Source: Deltaproteobacteria bacterium (lineage in GTDB: Bacteria > Myxococcota_A > Polyangia > Polyangiales > Houyiibacteriaceae). From it: a DNA stretch of 64,000 bases. A program made the translations under genes and the position numbers. Below are positions 55,842 through 64,000 of the stretch, one piece after another. The DNA is taken from assembly GCA_034670305.1 (NCBI GenBank), contig JAXMNT010000029.1, positions 31,116 through 95,115 on the forward strand. Reading direction: 5' to 3'. A model generated the notes under the pieces. It worked only from the letters and a program-made list of their open reading frames with translations, was not told where the DNA came from and did not search any database. The number at the start of each line of letters is the position of its first letter. Within the stretch, counting starts at the first letter, position 1.

Positions 55842-56987
55842 ATGGTGGGATCAACGAAGTGGCTGGTGTGCGGTGTGGTGTTCGCGTGCGCGTACGGATG
55901 TGCGTCCGGCGCGACCGATCGGCGCCGCCCGTTCGACGCCGGACCCCGCGCCGACGTACCGAGCGGCTTCGACGTCGGGCCCGGCGTCGATGCGCCGGGT
56001 CAGGACAGCGCGCCCGGACTCGACACCGGACCGGGCGTCGATGTCGGACCGGGCGTAGACACGGGCCCGGGCGGAACCGACGCAGGCACCGACAGCGGCC
56101 CGCCCGCGGATTGCACCGTGCCCGCCGACTGCGACGACGGCCTCGCGTGCAACGGCAGCGAGACCTGCGTCGGCGGCTTCTGCCAGCCCGGCACCGCGGT
56201 CGTCTGCAACGACAGCGTCGCGTGCACCACCGACTCGTGCACCGAACCCGGCGGCCTCTGCACCTTCACGCCCGTCGACGCGATGTGCGCGCCCGGCGAG
56301 ACCTGCTCCGCGACCGGCTGCTCGAGCGCTTGTTCCGAGTCGCCGTGCCGCTTGGTCTCACCCCAGTGCGGCTGCGCCGCCGGCACCGGTTGCTACATGG
56401 ACGTCGACGGCGTGCGCAGCTGCAGCGCCGCCGGCACCGCCCCGGTCGGCGGCACCTGCACCGGCACCACCAGTTGTGTACCGGGCGCCACCTGCGCCGG
56501 ACTCGGCGGCACCGCCTCGGGCTGCCAGCGCTTCTGCGAGAACGACGCGCAATGCACCGGCGCCGGCGCGCTCTGCATCCTCGACTACACGGACACGATG
56601 ATGCGCCCCATCCCGGCTGTGAACGCCTGCACCATCCACTGCGACCCGGCTCGGCCCACCGGCTCCGGCTGCCCGAGCGGCTCGACGTGTTTCCTCGGAC
56701 AAGAACCCGACGGCCTGATGCGCGACCTGACCCACTGCACCGGCAACCCGTCGGGCAGCTCGGGCCAGGGATCGTTCTGCACCTCCAACGCCCAATGCCA
56801 GGCCGGCTTCATCTGCCTCGACCCCGACGGCTTCGGCGGCCAGTGCCTCCACTGGTGCAAGAACCCACCGCCGATGGGCTCCGGCATCAGCGCCGACTGC
56901 CCCGGCTTCTGGGAAGACTGCTACGACCTCGAACCCGCGATCTTCATCGGCACCACCCGCTACGGCGTCTGCTGGGACGGCTTCTAG
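55842..56987 (+). CDS. Cys-rich putative lipoprotein
   Basis: Lipobox-like AYGC, DxGP repeats, CDDGLACNGSETC, CNDSVACTTDSC. Confidence 0.75.
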   Translation: MVGSTKWLVCGVVFACAYGCASGATDRRRPFDAGPRADVPSGFDVGPGVDAPGQDSAPGLDTGPGVDVGPGVDTGPGGTDAGTDSGPPADCTVPADCDDGLACNGSETCVGGFCQPGTAVVCNDSVACTTDSCTEPGGLCTFTPVDAMCAPGETCSATGCSSACSESPCRLVSPQCGCAAGTGCYMDVDGVRSCSAAGTAPVGGTCTGTTSCVPGATCAGLGGTASGCQRFCENDAQCTGAGALCILDYTDTMMRPIPAVNACTIHCDPARPTGSGCPSGSTCFLGQEPDGLMRDLTHCTGNPSGSSGQGSFCTSNAQCQAGFICLDPDGFGGQCLHWCKNPPPMGSGISADCPGFWEDCYDLEPAIFIGTTRYGVCWDGF

Positions 56988-57032
56988 GAGCGCCGCAACG
57001 CGCGCTCCCCCTTGCCAGCGCCCAAGGCGCGA

Positions 57033-57056
57033 TGCCCTTGCCCGTGCCCTTGCCCT
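57033..57056. repeat. Short (TGCCCN)4 hexamer repeat
   Basis: tgcccttgcccgtgcccttgccct between convergent genes. Confidence 0.7.
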
Positions 57057-57124
57057 CGGGGTCTCGGCGCTCGTGCTGCCCGCCAGCAGCCACAGTTGAG
57101 TTCGCCGGACATCCGCCACGGCTT

Positions 57125-57979
57125 CTAGCCGAAGCTGCTGACTTCGTGGCGGCGACGGCGGATCAAGGCGCGCAGCTGTTCCCGGTAGTGGCGGTACATC
57201 TCGCTCGTCATGTTGTGGGCGTCGTTGGGGAAGACGTCCATGCGCACGTCGAGCCCGCGCTCTTGCATGTAGCGAACTGAGGCCAGGGTCTCTTCGGTCG
57301 GGACAACGGGGTCTTCGTCGCCGTTGACGATCCGCACCGGTGGGTAGATGGCGACGTCTGGGTGGCGCGCGAGTCCTTCGTCGATCAGGTGTCTCGGCAG
57401 CCAGCCGGCGAGTGGGAACGCGCCGTCGATGAGCTCGGGGTGAAGCATCGCGAGGCCCATGCTCATCATGCCGCCCTGGGAGAAGCCGGTGATGATCGGC
57501 CGGCCTTCGGTCGGGCGGCGGTCCGCGAACGTCTTGATGATCGTCGCGAGTTGGTCGACGCGCTCTCGGATGTAGTGGCCGAGGACTTTGTCTTCCTTCG
57601 GCTCGGTCACGCTGAGCGGGAACCACGTGAACCCGTCGCCGAGGACCTCGGGCGCCCAGGGCAACATGAGCCGCATCGGTGGCGTGCGGCGTTGGTCGCC
57701 GCCGGGCACCGTGGGGCGGCTCGAGCGGCCGTGGAACTGCACGAGGAGCGGCAGCTCGTCGTCGATGCCGGCTTCGCCGACCACGACTTCGGTGACGTGT
57801 AGGCCTCCGATCTCGTGTTCGCGGACCTGCACCGCCTGGGAGTTCTCGGGCGGCGAACCGATCTTCGACACGGGACTCTTTTCTCCCTCGAAGCGAAACA
57901 CCTCGGCGACGTTCATCGACCCGGTCGTCATCCAGAGGAGCAACGAGAGGGCGAGGGAGGTGAACGCGCGGGTGGTCAT
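57125..57979 (-). CDS. Phospholipase/carboxylesterase (alpha/beta hydrolase), probably exported
   Basis: FHGR, TWF, GFSQGG, GDEDPVV, AH; start ATG 57979 (the track N-terminus is repeat-derived). Confidence 0.88.
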   Translation of the reverse strand: MTTRAFTSLALSLLLWMTTGSMNVAEVFRFEGEKSPVSKIGSPPENSQAVQVREHEIGGLHVTEVVVGEAGIDDELPLLVQFHGRSSRPTVPGGDQRRTPPMRLMLPWAPEVLGDGFTWFPLSVTEPKEDKVLGHYIRERVDQLATIIKTFADRRPTEGRPIITGFSQGGMMSMGLAMLHPELIDGAFPLAGWLPRHLIDEGLARHPDVAIYPPVRIVNGDEDPVVPTEETLASVRYMQERGLDVRMDVFPNDAHNMTSEMYRHYREQLRALIRRRRHEVSSFG

Positions 57980-58060
57980 GAAAGGAACGGGTGAGTTACA
58001 GCATGCGCACTCTTGGTCATTCCGCAAACAATGAGACTCAGCAGCGGGTGAGGCGGCCCG

Positions 58061-58290
<230 letters not shown>

Positions 58291-58369
58291 CCGAACTCCG
58301 CGCTTGGCTTCGATCCATCTGTTATCGTGGTCGCGTGTCGGGCATCGACGCAGAACGGGGCAGCGGATC

Positions 58370-60418
<2,049 letters not shown>

Positions 60419-60496
60419 GGCGCCGCTCCGATGCGGAGCGACGCCCTAGCGAACGAGTGCTTCGCGCCCTGCTGGGGGGAACCCTCGTCGGCGGGG

Positions 60497-60970
60497 TCAG
60501 GCGCCTGGCCCGCGCACCCGCTGCATGAACCACCAGTGATGCCCCTCAGGATCGATCGCGCGGTAGGAACGATCGGCCCAGTGGTCGTCGCCGTAGTCGT
60601 GGGTCGTGGGTTCGTCTGCGATCGTCGCGCCCGAGGCGCGCGCGTGTTCGCAGTGCGCGTCGGCGTCGTCGACGAAGAGGCAGAGCGCTTGGGTCACTGC
60701 GCCGTCGATCGACTGTGGGCTGCGGCATGGCATCGGCGCTCGACCCTCGCGTTTCGTGTTCGCGCCGCCGACCATGATCAAGCCATCCCCGAACGACAGT
60801 TCGGAGTGCACGATCTCGCCTGCGTCGCCTTCGACCTTGAGCACGATCTCGAACCCGAACGCTTCGCAGATCCAATCGATCGCGGTCGCTGGGTCGTCGT
60901 AGAAGATCGCGCTGGAAATCCGGGGCCAACCCGGCGGGGTGGCCTTCTTCGCTTGCGTTTCGTTGCCCAT
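60497..60970 (-). CDS. VOC/glyoxalase (bleomycin-resistance) family protein
   Basis: YDDPATAIDWICEAFGF, HSELSFGDG, DPEGHHWWF; GGAGG SD before ATG 60970. Confidence 0.9.
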   Translation of the reverse strand: MGNETQAKKATPPGWPRISSAIFYDDPATAIDWICEAFGFEIVLKVEGDAGEIVHSELSFGDGLIMVGGANTKREGRAPMPCRSPQSIDGAVTQALCLFVDDADAHCEHARASGATIADEPTTHDYGDDHWADRSYRAIDPEGHHWWFMQRVRGPGA

Positions 60971-61111
60971 GGTCGGCACCTCCCGTGCGTGTGTCATCGT
61001 ACACGGGCACGCAGTCGACTTGCAGAACTGCGTCTCGGATTCGCAGCGTTGGAGGCGGTGCTGGGTGCGGGCGGCGTCGCGGGCGGCCACCTGCTGTGCT
61101 AGACGGTGGCC

Positions 61112-62086
61112 ATGACTTCTTCGCGGTGGCTCTTGGTGGGTGCGCTCTCGGCCGGTCTCTTCACGACCGGATGCGGTGACGACGACAGCGGCGTAGAGGA
61201 CGACGCGGGCATGCTCGAAGACGCGTTCGTGGTGGGCGACGTGGGCGAGACGCCCGACGCACCCACCGCCGAGGACGCGCCGATGGGCGTGGACGCGCCC
61301 ACCGCTGGACCGACGACGGTGGGCGGCGATCGCCCCACGCGGGTGTTCACGCCAACCGGCTACGACCCGGCCGTTCCCGCGCCGCTCGTGATCCTGCTCC
61401 ACGGCTACGGCGCCGATGGTGCGACCCAGGACCTCTACTTCCAGGTCACGCGCAACGCGTCGGTTCGCGGCATGTTCGCGCTCCGCCCCGACGGCATCGT
61501 CGATGGCTCCGGCAGCCGGTTCTGGAACGCGGCGTGGTGTTGCGACTTCGCGGACGTGGGCGTTGACGACGTCGCGTACCTGGTCGGTCTCGTGGACGAG
61601 ATGAAGGAGCACTACAACATCGATCCGAACCGCGTGTACGCGATGGGGCACAGCAACGGCCACTTCATGTCCTACCGGCTCGCGTGCGATGCGGCGGACA
61701 CGTTCACGGCGATCGCTGGGCTCGCCGGGTCGACCTTCCTCGACGACGCGGACTGCACCCCGACACGGCCGGTCTCCACGCTTCATCTCCACGGCACCGC
61801 GGACACGACGATTCCGTACACGGGCTACCCAGGCCGTTACCCGAGCGCCATGGACACCGTCGAGCGGTTCGCCACCCGCGCCGGGTGCACCGGGACCGAG
61901 ATGGGCGACGACATCGACGTGGAAGGCTCCATCGTCGGCAACGAGACCGAGGTGCTTCGGCACACCGGCTGCGACGCAGGGCTGAGCGCGGAGCTGTGGT
62001 CGATCCAAGGCGGGTCGCACATTCCGAACCTCGACCGCGAGACGATCCCGAACGTGCTCGACTGGCTCCTGACGCACTCGATGTAG
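61112..62086 (+). CDS. LpqC/PHB-depolymerase-family esterase lipoprotein
   Basis: Lipobox TTGC, PLVILLHG, WNA, DDVAYL, GHSNG, HGTAD, GGSH. Confidence 0.9.
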   Translation: MTSSRWLLVGALSAGLFTTGCGDDDSGVEDDAGMLEDAFVVGDVGETPDAPTAEDAPMGVDAPTAGPTTVGGDRPTRVFTPTGYDPAVPAPLVILLHGYGADGATQDLYFQVTRNASVRGMFALRPDGIVDGSGSRFWNAAWCCDFADVGVDDVAYLVGLVDEMKEHYNIDPNRVYAMGHSNGHFMSYRLACDAADTFTAIAGLAGSTFLDDADCTPTRPVSTLHLHGTADTTIPYTGYPGRYPSAMDTVERFATRAGCTGTEMGDDIDVEGSIVGNETEVLRHTGCDAGLSAELWSIQGGSHIPNLDRETIPNVLDWLLTHSM

Positions 62087-62117
62087 TCGCAGGTGCGGGT
62101 ACACGGAGGACGGTTTT

Positions 62118-62141
62118 CCGAAGCGAGCCAGGCCCGCAGTG
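62118..62141 (+). repeat. Copy of REP-like dispersed repeat
   Basis: ccgaagcgagccaggcccgcagtg. Confidence 0.6.
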
Positions 62142-62158
62142 TGTGCTAGGAACCCGCG

Positions 62159-63331
62159 ATGCGTGACCTGGTTCTTCTGCCTTCGCTGACCGCGGAACTC
62201 GACGACTCGGGCCGCATCGGCATCACGGGGAAGTTTCTCAGTGGCGTGCATGCGTACGTCGAGGGCTGGGACGGACGGGTCCGCGTGCTCATCGAGGGGC
62301 GGCAGGGCGCGAGCGGCAACCTCGACGACGCGGCGGTGGACCCGGCGACGCTCCCCTTCGAGTTGAAGGTCGTCGACTACACCGATCCAGATTTCGGCAA
62401 AGCGCTCGAGGGCGCGGGCGTCGTGCACGGAGGCCTCGGCCACCGACAGAACGCGCTGCCGCAGTTGTGCGCAGGGCTCGGACTCCCGTTCGTGACGGCG
62501 AGCGAGTACACGCTGCGGACCCGGCGACAGATCGTGCGCGCCAACACCCGCAACCCGTTGCTCCGCGTGCGCCGCGAACTCTGGGAGTACGGGCAGGAGA
62601 AGAAGAACGTCGCGGCGATCTCCGCGGCGGCGGGCATCCAGTGCAACGGCACGCCGACCTACGATGCGTATCGGTCGCTGACCGACTCGATGCTGTACTT
62701 CGATACCCGCACGAAGACCGAGGAGGTCGTCGAGGAAGCCGCGCTCGAACGGCGACTCGCCGAACGTGTTCTCTCCGGCAAGCCACTCCGGCTCGCGTTC
62801 AGTGGCCGGCTCGATCCGATGAAGGGCGCCCACCATCTGCCGCCCCTGGCCGCTGCGCTCAAGCGGCGCGGCGTCGCGTTCGAGATGTCGATCTGCGGCG
62901 GCGGCACGGTTGTCGAGCAGATGAAGCGGGACATCGATCGGCTTCAAGTCGGCGACGTCGTGACCATGCGCGGCGTGCTCGACTTCCGCGCCGAGCTCGT
63001 GCCCTTCGTGCGCGAAGAAGTCGATGTGTTCGTCTGCCCGCACGTGCAGGGCGACCCGAGCTGCACCTACATGGAGACGTTCGCGCTCGGGGTGCCGATC
63101 GTCGGTTACGACAACGAAGCATTCCAAGGACTCGTCGAGCTCGGGCCCGTCGGTTGGCTCAGCCCGCTCGGCGATGTGGAGCGGCTCGCGGACCGGATCA
63201 CCTGGCTCGACTGCAACCGCGAGAGCGTCGTCGAGCGCTCCCGCTTCGCCCGAACGCTCGCCCAGGACCACACCATGGAGCGCACCTTCACCCGCCGCCT
63301 CGACCACCTGCGCGCGCTCGTGCGTGCCTGA
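62159..63331 (+). CDS. GT4-family glycosyltransferase
   Basis: FSGRLDPMKG, DVFVCP, METFALGVPIV. Confidence 0.9.
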   Translation: MRDLVLLPSLTAELDDSGRIGITGKFLSGVHAYVEGWDGRVRVLIEGRQGASGNLDDAAVDPATLPFELKVVDYTDPDFGKALEGAGVVHGGLGHRQNALPQLCAGLGLPFVTASEYTLRTRRQIVRANTRNPLLRVRRELWEYGQEKKNVAAISAAAGIQCNGTPTYDAYRSLTDSMLYFDTRTKTEEVVEEAALERRLAERVLSGKPLRLAFSGRLDPMKGAHHLPPLAAALKRRGVAFEMSICGGGTVVEQMKRDIDRLQVGDVVTMRGVLDFRAELVPFVREEVDVFVCPHVQGDPSCTYMETFALGVPIVGYDNEAFQGLVELGPVGWLSPLGDVERLADRITWLDCNRESVVERSRFARTLAQDHTMERTFTRRLDHLRALVRA

Positions 63332-63880
63332 GGGTCCCGAGGTTCGGCGCGCCGCGGATCGGTTGACGCGCACACTCGGCGGGCGGGTGATCGACGACGT
63401 GGGCTTCGGTCACACCCGGCTGCACGCGAAGGCGGGCCGCGTCGCCGGTCGGGTGCTCGACCGGATCGAGACAAGGGGCAAGTCGACCTTGTTGTGGTTC
63501 GTCTCCCGCGCCGATGCGGGCGCGGTGCGCCGCCCCCTGGTGGTTCATGTCCACCTCGGCATGGATGGGCGCTGGTCTCTGGGCGAAGGAGGACGGGGTC
63601 CTGCCGAGCAGCGTGCGGGCGGGCGGCAGAGCCCATCGACGTCCCTCGGCTGGCCGAGTCGACCGAGCGCCTGTGCCGCCGAGCGTACGAACTCGCGGGC
63701 GTGACCCTCGAGCCCCGGCTCGAACGGCGCCTCTCCCGCGGACGGGCGCCGCTGCGTGATCGACGCCACTACGTGTACGACCGCGCCGACCGCCCGTGCC
63801 ACACCTGCCGCACGTACATCGATCGATCGCAGCACGCCGACCGGGTGTTCTTCCACTGTCCGACCTGCCAGCCGGTCTAG
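63324..63880 (+). pseudogene. nei: Fpg/Nei DNA glycosylase (endonuclease VIII-like), internally deleted and frameshifted
   Basis: Frame A from GTG 63324: PEGPEV...RGK...HLGMDGRW. Frame B: VYDRADRPCHTC...FFHCPTCQ zinc finger. No H2TH (GxGN) segment; total span only 557 bp. Confidence 0.8.
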
Positions 63881-63904
63881 CAGGTCGCTGAAAAGCGACC
63901 TGCT
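63879..63904 (+). terminator. GAAA-tetraloop hairpin after nei (possible terminator, no U tract)
   Basis: agcaggtcgct-gaaa-agcgacctgct, perfect 11-bp stem. Confidence 0.5.
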
Positions 63905-63938
63905 CCCTTGCCGTTGCCCTTGCCCGTGCCCTTGCCCG
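63905..63938. repeat. Short (TGCCCN)n hexamer repeat
   Basis: cccttgccgttgcccttgcccgtgcccttgcccg. Confidence 0.7.
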
Positions 63939-64000
63939 CGTCGTGGACGCCGTGTGTTTCGCGACGGCGAGGCGCGAATCGGAGCGCGATGCCCAGCGGA

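Noticed and set aside
60971-63373. 958-aa minus-strand ORF as one large protein
   Set aside because: Only the last 157 aa (VOC, with its own SD and ATG at 60970) are credible; the rest is antisense to the esterase and glycosyltransferase.

Overview
GC-rich chromosomal window. Gene content points to a Myxococcota/Polyangia-type (Sandaracinus-like) bacterium (inference): MYXO-CTERM tags, MopE-like Cys/Asp repeats, DUF4388 and PEGA proteins, and eukaryote-type Ser/Thr kinases. About 44 real CDSs are supported; most other long ORFs in the track are antisense shadows. Housekeeping genes include cysD/cysNC, orn, rpmF, a type-B L36 missed by the ORF track, a ferredoxin, fbp, rsmD, coaD, a PIN-PhoH protein and prkA/yeaG. 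These are interspersed with signalling proteins and large Cys-rich surface proteins. No rRNA, tRNA, CRISPR array, transposase or integrase was seen. Most notable: (1) a 1790-aa ORF that reads as two secreted proteins in one polypeptide, with an internal MYXO-CTERM tag followed by a second, lipoprotein-type signal; (2) two domain-swapped Cys-rich lipoprotein paralogs flanking a surface protease; (3) a PrsW-like protein lacking catalytic residues, coupled to a trypsin-like protease; (4) a TAnnnN hexamer 5-7 nt before about 15 start codons, suggesting leaderless mRNAs; (5) a 218-bp nested inverted-repeat element and a REP-like dispersed repeat family; (6) a zinc-free L32-L36B pair; (7) several proteins with lost catalytic residues and a deleted/frameshifted nei. 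All family assignments come from motif recognition by eye; no searches were run.
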